Positions 8,100 to 16,100 of a stretch of DNA of 20,361 bases are shown here, piece by piece. Position numbers and translations under genes: made by a program. The DNA is from a virus (lineage: Duplodnaviria > Heunggongvirae > Uroviricota > Caudoviricetes). The stretch is from positions 1 through 20,361 of the IMG/VR virus record IMGVR_UViG_2734482780_000011; one strand, 5' to 3'. The notes below the pieces were generated by a model. It did no database searches. It was not told the DNA's origin and worked only from the letters and a program-made list of their open reading frames with translations. Numbering within the stretch: position 1 is the first letter of the stretch; each line of letters starts with the position of its first letter.

Positions 8100-8109
8100 G
8101 GTGACTTTT

Positions 8110-8343
8110 ATGCGCATTGAAATAATGATCGATAAAGAGCAGAAGATTAGCCAGTCTACCCTGGACGCCCTTGAATCCGAGCTTTACCGCAATCTGCGCC
8201 CCCTGTATCCCAAAACGGTAATTCGCATTCGCAAAGGTAGCTCTAACGGTGTGGAACTAACCGGACTGCAACTGGATGAAGAAAGAAAACAAGTGATGAA
8301 AATTATGCAGAAGGTGTGGGAGGACGACAGCTGGCTGCATTAA
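8110..8343 (+). CDS. DinI-family protein
   Basis: MRIEIMIDKEQKISQSTLDALESELYRNLRPLYP...KVWEDDSWLH aligns by eye with E. coli DinI (MRIEVTIAK...AIDALAGELSRR...ETWESADDW). Confidence 0.8.
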   Translation: MRIEIMIDKEQKISQSTLDALESELYRNLRPLYPKTVIRIRKGSSNGVELTGLQLDEERKQVMKIMQKVWEDDSWLH

Positions 8344-8749
8344 GAAACGTTGCCCCCAGGAGGATTCATTCTGATGGGGGCTAGTTTGGGTAGCGAGTGA
8401 AACGAGGCGTAAGGTGGGCGGCCATTTTGATAAGTGATTGTACGATTTGTGTTGTGAGTTCAACGGGACGATGCAACGCTATCCTTAATCAAGGGGACGT
8501 TGCTCATACCCATCGATGCAATGAAAATCCATACTCATGGGGAAGACCAGAATGTCCCTGCCTTTTTCATTTTGTTCAGCACATGCACTATGGCCATTGC
8601 CTTCCCAAGCTAGCTATCGTAATCACTCAGCGTCAGTAAACTACTGAAAAATTGTTTTACCTTGTATATCAATAATGCCAAATCATACCCAAAAAATCGA
8701 AAATAATTAGATCGACAGGCAGAAGGCAATGTGAATAATCTTAAAAACC

Positions 8750-8779
8750 TTGACTGTCAGTGAGGTTTGGTTCTATAAA
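8750..8779 (+). promoter_or_regulatory. Candidate promoter of the darTG operon (-35 TTGACT, 18-nt spacer, -10 TATAAA)
   Basis: Read from the sequence, about 30 nt upstream of the darT start. Confidence 0.4.
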
Positions 8780-8810
8780 TAGACTTACGAATTTGAAAGG
8801 ATGAGTTGAA

Positions 8811-9392
8811 ATGAGCGAAAGGAAAAGAATTGAAGATCAGTATCTTCTCTATCATTTAACATGTATGGATAATCTACCTAGTATTTTAGACACAGGATTA
8901 AGATCTCGTGCATCAGTAAAAGGTGAGTTTGTTGATGTGGCCGACGGTGAAATAATAACAGGTCGCGAAGCATTAAATTTGCAAACAATGGTTCCTTTTC
9001 ATTTCTTTACTAAGAATCCATTTGATGGAAGAGTCCTGAAAGATCATAAGGAAAAATCATTTTGTATTATTTCGGTTTGTCGGGCATTTGCCAAAGAAAA
9101 TGGTTGGAAAGTTATCCCTAAACATCCATTATCCACCAGTTCTGTTATAGACCTCTTAGATTATGAACAAGGAATGGCCCAAATTGACTGGGAGCTAATG
9201 AATATAAGGGATTATAAAAATGCAGAATGCAAATCTGTATGTATGGCTGAGTGTTTATCAAGTGTAACGGTCGAGCCGAAAAATTTCCATTGCATCTTTG
9301 TCAAAAATGATAACGAAAAAAAATATGTTGAAGGGTTGATAAAACAACAAGGATTAAGTATATTGATAACGATCAACACTTATATGTTCTAA
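8811..9392 (+). CDS. darT: DarT-like ssDNA ADP-ribosyltransferase toxin (DUF4433 family)
   Basis: LYHLTCMDNLPSIL, VPFHFF, DWELM and a late acidic segment match my recollection of DarT signatures (IYHITHIDNLKGIL, VPFYF, DWEAM); AT-rich; immediately followed by a macrodomain gene. Confidence 0.7.
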   Translation: MSERKRIEDQYLLYHLTCMDNLPSILDTGLRSRASVKGEFVDVADGEIITGREALNLQTMVPFHFFTKNPFDGRVLKDHKEKSFCIISVCRAFAKENGWKVIPKHPLSTSSVIDLLDYEQGMAQIDWELMNIRDYKNAECKSVCMAECLSSVTVEPKNFHCIFVKNDNEKKYVEGLIKQQGLSILITINTYMF

Positions 9393-9396
9393 TTCT

Positions 9397-10368
9397 ATGA
9401 TTAAGTATGCAAGCGGAAATCTTCTAAACTCTACATCGCAAGCTCTTGTGAATGCTGTAAACTGCCAAGGAGTCATGGGAAAGGGTATTGCTTTGGCTTT
9501 TAAAGAAACTTTTCCCTATAATTTCGAAGTTTATAAGAGAGCATGCGCCACTGGTACAATGAAAATTGGACAGGTTTTAATTGTAGAGGAAAAGGGAAAA
9601 ATAATTGTAAACTTTCCCACTAAAGATAGTTGGAGAAAAAAATCAACATATGATTTTATCTCGCAAGGCCTTGAATCTTTAGCAAAAATTATAGATGAAA
9701 AAAAAATTACATCAATATCAATACCACCTTTAGGCTGTGGTAATGGGGGCCTCGATTGGAATAAGGTTGAGGCTCTTATTTTAAAAACTTTTCAAAATTT
9801 AGATAATGTTGATGTGGTAATTTATCCGCCTGCAACTAACAATCAACTTTCAAAAAATAAAAATGTTATTAATGCTAAGCATCTTTTGGTTCACTACGCC
9901 TATGGAAAATTAAAAGTTAAGCAAAAATATTCCCTTTATACAGTTTTTTATATTTGCGAATGTATTGAGAAAGCAAATCTTTTTTTATTCGATTTTAAAC
10001 ATGGTCGGCCATACTCTTCTGAGTTAGAAAATATTATGAAGGATATAGCAAACCTTAAAGTTGAGTTGCAAGGAGATTTTGATGCTTTTATTGAAGATTA
10101 TATTAATACTCATCAATCCAAAGAGTTACAAACCGAGTTTGGTAAACTAATCTCAACTTTAAATCCAAGTATAAGTTTGCTCAATGCTCTTAAAAATAAG
10201 ATTGATTATATAGATAGCGTACATGTGATCACGAGAATTGCTAAAGAAAAAGATCATGGCTTGCATATTGACAATTTCAAAGAATATGAAAATATTGTGC
10301 AGCATTTAATTAAAAATGGATTGGTAATCGAAGATATTTTTAACGAACTAAAAATAAAGGGAAGTTAG
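9397..10368 (+). CDS. darG: DarG-like macrodomain antitoxin
   Basis: N-terminus GNLLNSTSQALVNAVNCQGVMGKGIALAF is the macrodomain nucleotide-binding signature (N-x-x-N / G-x-G loop); 4 nt downstream of darT; AT-rich. Confidence 0.75.
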   Translation: MIKYASGNLLNSTSQALVNAVNCQGVMGKGIALAFKETFPYNFEVYKRACATGTMKIGQVLIVEEKGKIIVNFPTKDSWRKKSTYDFISQGLESLAKIIDEKKITSISIPPLGCGNGGLDWNKVEALILKTFQNLDNVDVVIYPPATNNQLSKNKNVINAKHLLVHYAYGKLKVKQKYSLYTVFYICECIEKANLFLFDFKHGRPYSSELENIMKDIANLKVELQGDFDAFIEDYINTHQSKELQTEFGKLISTLNPSISLLNALKNKIDYIDSVHVITRIAKEKDHGLHIDNFKEYENIVQHLIKNGLVIEDIFNELKIKGS

Positions 10369-10920
10369 TAGCGCTATTTTCAATTTTTTTGCTGAAATTG
10401 CGCATGCACACTCTCACGCATTATAGATGCGGCGTTAATCCCGCCAGGAGTGTTGTTTAATAAATTGAACTATTTCTGCATTGAAGGATCAACTTACGCA
10501 TTCGCTGACAACGCAGGCACTCTCCTGGCTAAGCAGAAATTCAGAGTAACCAACTGGCACTTTTACAACAATTTTCTTATCAGTTGCGGCTCCATGACTT
10601 TCTGGTGGGATAACAAAGCAATTAAGGCGTGGTATTGTAAGTATCCCGCATAATCATGCTAGTAACATTTGTCCCCCATGTAACCTAATTAAGGCAACTT
10701 CCGCTCTTCGCTCACAGTGAACCTCCATGTTTGTAAACCCGTATATTTCGTTTTTTAAGTGGTCATTCAGATACGGATTTTCACTTCTCTTGGCTGTGCA
10801 TGACTATGCTGCATGAAATTGCATGATCGTTTGAGGATCGTTTTTGCTGAGGCCCCCCAGAACTGGCGGGCTTTCGCTTATGTCATGCAGGTGCATGAAA
10901 ATCACTGCATAAAGCGGGCA

Positions 10921-10939
10921 GGCGTGGCGGGGATACGAG
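10921..10939. other. Candidate cos site (P2/186-type cohesive end region)
   Basis: ggcgtggcggggatacgagcgcgcgct resembles the P2/186 cohesive-end region as I recall it (GGCG[A/T]GGCGGGGAAAGCA...GCGCGCT); recalled, not searched. Four TGCATGA copies lie 20 to 125 bp upstream. Confidence 0.5.
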
Positions 10940-11091
10940 CGCGCGCTAAGTCATATAAGAGTTATATATTGATTTGATTGCTGGACATGCATACAGTATC
11001 GCTCTATCATCTAATAAATCTTAGAGTATTTGACAATGTTTGGATAAAATGGAACCTAACTTATTCATAATCCGCTAAACAGGGATGTCAG

Positions 11092-12006
11092 ATGCCATAC
11101 CAATTGGTAGAGCTTAGCCCCGTAGCTAACGATCTTGAACAGTTAGGAACCAAAGAGAAGTTTTGGTTCTATTTCTCCGATGACACTGTAAATTTGCAGT
11201 TGTTTAAGTACTCTAGGCCAGATACTGGCGAGCATTGGTCTGAAAAGTGTGCTGCTGAGTTATGTCATTTGCTTAACATTCCACATGCTAGCTATGATTT
11301 GGCGCGATACAATGGTCGATTCGGTGTGGTGACTCAGAATATCATTCCATCTGGTTTCCGGATGGTAATGGGAAATGAAGTGCTTCACAGTTCGACATTC
11401 GATTATCCTGGGCCTTTACAAGCCGGGGAAAAGCCGGTAAGGGTCAGAGAACACACTGTCACAAGGGTATTGGGTTGTTTAGATAGGGAATCTATCAAGC
11501 CTCCTCCGAGTGTATATGATCTAACCGGGCTAAATGCAGCAGATGTATTTTGTGGATATTTGATGCTCGATGCACTTGTGAGTAATCAAGATCGCCATCA
11601 TGAAAATTGGGCGATCATGCTTAACAATGAAACTGGTGAGCAGTTTTTGTGTCCAACATACGATCATGCCGCTAGTTTAGGAAGGGAGATGTTAGATGAT
11701 GAGCGTAACGAACGGCTTAATACTAAAGATAAAAATCGACAAATCCCATGTTTTGTAAGAAAAGCTCGCTCTGAGCTATTCAAAGCAAAAACTGATAAAA
11801 AGCCCTTGCTGACCGTTGAAGCATTTCAACATGCAGTTGAAGGGAGAGTTGCCGCTCGCGACCATTGGTTAGGTAAGTTGAGCGTTTTAACAGAAGATTC
11901 CATTACAGATGTGTTTAACCAAGTGCCTTCATCGTGTATATCCGACAGTGCACGTAGATTTGCAACGTTAATGGTAATGGAAAATCGCAGAAGGTTACTA
12001 GAATGA
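11092..12006 (+). CDS. HipA-like serine/threonine kinase, short form lacking the N-terminal domain (304 aa)
   Basis: GTKEKFWF (compare HipA GAQEK), catalytic-loop-like LVSNQDRHHENWAIM (compare HipA D-x-H-x-K-N) and LCPTYDHAASLG (compare HipA P-x-YD) in the HipA order and spacing. Confidence 0.65.
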   Translation: MPYQLVELSPVANDLEQLGTKEKFWFYFSDDTVNLQLFKYSRPDTGEHWSEKCAAELCHLLNIPHASYDLARYNGRFGVVTQNIIPSGFRMVMGNEVLHSSTFDYPGPLQAGEKPVRVREHTVTRVLGCLDRESIKPPPSVYDLTGLNAADVFCGYLMLDALVSNQDRHHENWAIMLNNETGEQFLCPTYDHAASLGREMLDDERNERLNTKDKNRQIPCFVRKARSELFKAKTDKKPLLTVEAFQHAVEGRVAARDHWLGKLSVLTEDSITDVFNQVPSSCISDSARRFATLMVMENRRRLLE

Positions 12007-12743
12007 CTAATACAAACTCCGTTTACGTCGCATGGCAGGCACCAGATACCAGAGACTGGCATGTTGTTGGTAACTTGCAAGAGCGCAAATCGGGGTATGT
12101 TTTCAGGTATACCAAAGGTGCTCTTAAATCTACTAAATTTACAAAGTTTAGCGGCATGAGTGATGTTCGTGAAACTTATGTTTCGGAAGAATTGTTTCCT
12201 CTTTTTAAAAATCGCCTTTTATCACCGAGACGTCCAGAGTATCCGAGTTTCATTAAATGGCTTGGATTTGAAGAAGATAAGGTAAATCCTATCGATATTC
12301 TTGCTCGCTCGGGAGGCCTACGAAGCACTGATCAGCTGCAGATTTTCAAAAAAATTGATGTTGATTCTGATGGTAACTTTGAGCATTTTTTCTTCTTACA
12401 TGGACTTGGTTACTTAAATAGCTTAGCTAATGCTCGTGTATCTGAATTGAAACCGGGGCAAATTTTGCGTCTTTGCTTGGATCTTCAAAATGAATACGAT
12501 GGGGATGCTGTTGTCGTTCGTGCAGATAAACCAGCTGAAATCGTTGGTTATTGCCCTAGGTATTTAAGTAATGATATCAAGAAGATGTTATTGGATGATC
12601 CAAAATCAATCACTTTAACGGTCGAAAAGATTAGCGATGATGCTCCTCATAACTATCGGTTATTATGTAAATTATCAGGAGTACTAAGCCAAGCCTGTCA
12701 ATCGACGCTGATTCCTCAGGATGAGTTTGAACCTATTGAGTAA
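12003..12743 (+). CDS. Two-domain partner: HipA-N/HipS-like N-terminal domain fused to a C-terminal HIRAN-like domain (246 aa)
   Basis: Start overlaps the kinase stop (ATGA). N-terminus VYVAWQ...VGNLQ...YVFRY...LFPLFKNRLLSPRR resembles the HipA N-terminal domain. C-terminus KPGQILRLCLDLQNEYDGDAVVVRADKPAEIVGYCPRYLSNDIKKMLLDD fits the HIRAN pattern. Confidence 0.55.
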   Translation: MTNTNSVYVAWQAPDTRDWHVVGNLQERKSGYVFRYTKGALKSTKFTKFSGMSDVRETYVSEELFPLFKNRLLSPRRPEYPSFIKWLGFEEDKVNPIDILARSGGLRSTDQLQIFKKIDVDSDGNFEHFFFLHGLGYLNSLANARVSELKPGQILRLCLDLQNEYDGDAVVVRADKPAEIVGYCPRYLSNDIKKMLLDDPKSITLTVEKISDDAPHNYRLLCKLSGVLSQACQSTLIPQDEFEPIE

Positions 12744-12748
12744 ATGAA

Positions 12749-12774
12749 GAAAAGCCACCAAACGGTGGCTTTTC
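12749..12774. terminator. Bidirectional rho-independent terminator between the HipA-like module and Q
   Basis: 11-bp perfect stem gaaaagccacc / ggtggcttttc with a 4-nt loop, T-rich flanks on both strands, between convergent stops at 12743 and 12778. Confidence 0.7.
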
Positions 12775-12777
12775 TTA

Positions 12778-13818
12778 TTATGGGACTATATCTAGCGAGT
12801 AGGTATTAAACTGTATCGCCTCCTTGCCAAGCCAATCATTCATCTCCTGTAATCGCTTTTGTAGTGGCATTAGCTCATTTCGGACGAATACACGGCTTGC
12901 CTTCTCCACATCCCCAAACCCCCCAACATTATTCGGCATAATCCCCATCATTTGCGGCGGCACACGATGCGCCGCCATCATGTCGTCCCGGCTTACGTTC
13001 TTGATGTTCAGAAACTCATCCTTTGCCGCCACTTCTGACAGCGGGATGATCTGAAGCCCGTCCTTTTTGCCGTTAGGCGAGTACATAAACAGGTTGCGGA
13101 AGTTGCCCGGACCTTTGGCGCTTTTCATCGCGTTGCGGAGGTTGTTCACATCCTCCTGGTTCTGAGCGGCATCGGTCATGTACATTATGAATCCTGCATG
13201 GCTGCCATTAATATAATATTTGCGTCGGAACAGCGTGGCGGACTCGTTGAGCAGGGCTGACGGAATGGCAGAAAGATAGCCGGGCAGGCCGTAGATCTCC
13301 TGGTTGATATCGGGTTCCATCAGATGAAAGATGCTGCCTTTCGTGAACTGATACGGCTGGGTTGTCATACCGTATTGCACAAACCAGTAGGTATCCAGGT
13401 CTAACCCGCGTCGGGTGTATTTTGCCAGAGCAGGCTCAAGGGCGATAACTTCACCGAAGCGGTTCGTGCGTTTCTCCAGGTAGGCGTTACCAAATACCAG
13501 ATAGTCCTGCACAAAACGTGAAAAAGCCTGCTGGCTAAGCAGCGGGTGAGGGATGTAGGTGCTGGTTAGAATGTTGCATTTCACTGCAATGGGTGAGCTG
13601 TGATGCACGGCGGCGCGGAAGGTTCGCGCCAGTCCGTCAAAGCTGACGGGCGGCTCATACCAACGGTCCATCTGTACGCATTCCACATAGTCCAGTAATT
13701 CTCGGCGGTCCAGTACTGGAATGGGATCGCCGAAGCTGAATGCTTCGGCTGAAGTCTGGCTTTTATGCTGGGTCTGGTTCTGCGACGCAGCGCGGTTCTT
13801 CTTACTCTTTCCCATCAA
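12778..13818 (-). CDS. Q: Portal protein (P2 gpQ-like)
   Basis: 346 aa, close to the size of P2 gpQ; start overlaps the stop of the upstream terminase fragment as in the P2 PQ operon; 3' end points toward the cos-like site. Confidence 0.8.
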   Translation of the reverse strand: MMGKSKKNRAASQNQTQHKSQTSAEAFSFGDPIPVLDRRELLDYVECVQMDRWYEPPVSFDGLARTFRAAVHHSSPIAVKCNILTSTYIPHPLLSQQAFSRFVQDYLVFGNAYLEKRTNRFGEVIALEPALAKYTRRGLDLDTYWFVQYGMTTQPYQFTKGSIFHLMEPDINQEIYGLPGYLSAIPSALLNESATLFRRKYYINGSHAGFIMYMTDAAQNQEDVNNLRNAMKSAKGPGNFRNLFMYSPNGKKDGLQIIPLSEVAAKDEFLNIKNVSRDDMMAAHRVPPQMMGIMPNNVGGFGDVEKASRVFVRNELMPLQKRLQEMNDWLGKEAIQFNTYSLDIVP

Positions 13819-14231
13819 AAAATCTCCACAATATTGCTGGTATTGGCGGACTCGCCCTGCAGCGGTTCGTTAAACAGTGCGTGCATTGTTGCCCAGGCCA
13901 GATCGGCGTGGCTGGCTTCTTCGCTGCGGCTGGCTTCATAGGTCGGGCGGTTGCCACTGGCGGTGGTGGCGCGACGGATTGCCATAAATGACTGCGCTAT
14001 GTCGGTGTGTCCGGCGTCAAACTCCAGACGGCGGTGGCTGATAATGTCGTAGGCCTTGAGTACCAGAGCGTTTTTAACGTTGGGGTTGTAGACAAACTCC
14101 CGGACGGCAGGAAAGAACGCTTTCACGTTCTCATAAACCCCGTGACCGACGCCTGTCGAGTCAATGCCGATATAGGTCACGTTGTACTGCTCGGTCAGTT
14201 TTTTGATTCCGCCCTTAATCATCTCAACCAT
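13815..14231 (-). pseudogene. P: Terminase large subunit (gpP-like), C-terminal 138-aa remnant
   Basis: Only the C-terminal part of what should be an approximately 590-aa protein; coupled to Q; no upstream start or ATPase region present. Confidence 0.65.
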
Positions 14232-14298
14232 GCGTTACAGCTCGATCCCCGCTGTGGCGTGAAAAAAGACAAACAGCAGCTGGAGCGCAGACTGCGCA

Positions 14299-15618
14299 AT
14301 GACAGCCGCTGACAGAACGTGCCCCCGCGCACGGGCGGCACGGGGTGGCGAAAGGCACAGCCACATCAAAACCCCGTCCACCGCCCTTTATTTCAGGAGA
14401 AAGCAGCATGAAGTTTGTTGCGCCAGAACAGGCAACGCCGCAGGTTTACTTACTGCGCCGTTGTCGTCTTTGCGCCGCACGGCATCACTGACGGGAAATG
14501 TCCTGAAAACTGTAGCAGGTGCGCCGGTTGCACTTTTGCGGTCTGGATTATCCGGTTTACGTGCTGTTGCTGTTATGTTTATGAATCCTCTGGCGGTACT
14601 GCGCGGTGGACTGGCCGCCGCAGGCACGGTGCTGCGAGTACTGGCATCTGGTCCACTGGCGATGCTGCGCGTTGCCCTGTATGCCATATCTGGTCTGTTA
14701 GGTGCTCTGCTCAGTCCGATAGGTCTTGTGGTTACTGCACTGGCGGGCGTGGCGCTGGTTGTCTGGAAATACTGGCAACCCATCACCGCATTTCTCGGTG
14801 GCGTGGTGGAAGGATTCAAAGCGGCGGCAGGTCCCATCAGTGCAGCGTTCGAACCGCTTAAGCCCGTGTTCCAGTGGATTGGCGACAAAGTGCAGGCGCT
14901 GTGGGGCTGGTTTACTGATCTGCTGACGCCCGTTAAGTCGACCTCTGCCGAACTGCAGAGCGCAGCGGCAATGGGGCGGCGATTCGGGGAGGCACTGGCG
15001 GAAGGGCTGAATATGGTCATGCATCCGCTGGACTCCCTGAAATCCGGCGTTTCCTGGTTGCTGGAGAAGCTCGGCATTGTCAGTAAAGAGGCCGCAAAGG
15101 CAAAACTGCCGGAAAGCGTGACGCGTCAGCAACCTGCGACGGTGAATGCAGACGGTAAAGTGATGATGCCATCGGGTGGTTTTCCATCATGGGGATATGA
15201 CTTTGCGGGGATGTATGACAGCGGCGGGTATATCCCGCGCGGGCAGTTTGGCATCGTCGGTGAAAACGGGCCGGAAATTGTTAACGGCCCGGCAAATGTG
15301 ACCAGCCGGAGAAATACAGCTGCACTGGCTGCCGTTGTTGCCGGAATGATGGGCGTTGCTGCCGCGCCAGCAGAGCTTCCACCGTTGCACCCTTTGGCAC
15401 TTCCCGCGAAAGGTGGAGAAGCAATTGTGAGTCGCGCAGCCACTGTGCCGCTCGTTCAACGGATTGAGGCACCGACGCAGATCATCATTCAGACGCAGCC
15501 AGGACAAAGTGCGCAGGATATTGCGCGGGAGGTGGCACGCCAGCTTGATGAACGTGAACGCAGGCTGAAGGCAAAAGCCAGGAGTAACTACAGCGATCAG
15601 GGGGGATACGACGCATGA
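14299..15618 (+). pseudogene. T: Tail tape measure protein (gpT-like), C-terminal portion only
   Basis: Gly/Ala-rich helical repeats and GGYIPRGQFGIVGENGPEIV near the C-terminus; 439-codon frame versus about 800 aa expected; followed directly by U and D. Confidence 0.65.
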
Positions 15619-16100
15619 TGATGGTGCTGGGATTGTACGTGTTTATGCTGCGCACCGTTCCGTATCAGGAACTGCAGTATCAACGCAGCTGGCGACATGC
15701 GGCAAACAGTCGGGTAAACCGACGTCCGTCCACGCAGTTTCTGGGACCGGAAAACGACATGCTGACGCTTTCCGGTGTTCTTATGCCGGAAATAACAGGC
15801 GGCAGGCTGTCGTTGCTGGCACTGGAGCAGATGGCAGAACAGGGGAAAGCATGGCCCCTGATTGAAGGCAGCGGCACGATTTACGGCATGTATGTGATTG
15901 AGGGACTGAATCAGACTAAAACGGAGTTTTTCCGCGATGGTATGCCGCGCCGGATTGAGTTCACCCTGTCGCTCAAACGGGTGGATGAATCCCTGTCCGA
16001 TATGTTCGGTGATCTCAGTGCGCAGCTGAATAATTTGCAGGATACGACAACGTCTGCCTTAAGCGATATCAGTAAAACGGTGGGAGGGCTGCTGTCGTGA
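15615..16100 (+). CDS. U: Tail protein gpU-like
   Basis: 161 aa, same size and position as P2 gpU between T and D; start overlaps the T stop. Confidence 0.8.
   Translation: MMMVLGLYVFMLRTVPYQELQYQRSWRHAANSRVNRRPSTQFLGPENDMLTLSGVLMPEITGGRLSLLALEQMAEQGKAWPLIEGSGTIYGMYVIEGLNQTKTEFFRDGMPRRIEFTLSLKRVDESLSDMFGDLSAQLNNLQDTTTSALSDISKTVGGLLS

Noticed and set aside
8397-8639. Cys/His-rich 80-aa ORF after the DinI-like gene
   Set aside because: No RBS, starts inside a hairpin-containing intergenic region; more likely non-coding spacer between the SOS module and the darTG promoter. Cannot be fully excluded.
10450-10653. 67-aa ORF in the interval between darG and cos
   Set aside because: No convincing RBS or promoter; the interval is better explained as non-coding cos-proximal sequence.
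10979-10994. Possible LexA box CTGGACATGCATACAG upstream of the HipA-like gene
   Set aside because: One mismatch in the CTGT half-site and a GC-containing centre; too weak to call without binding data.
14388-15132. Minus-strand and alternate-frame ORFs (229 aa, 144 aa, 148 aa, 66 aa) overlapping the tape measure gene
   Set aside because: They lie entirely inside a GC-rich repetitive coding region with a coherent plus-strand gene; such regions routinely give long antisense frames; no RBS or promoter context.
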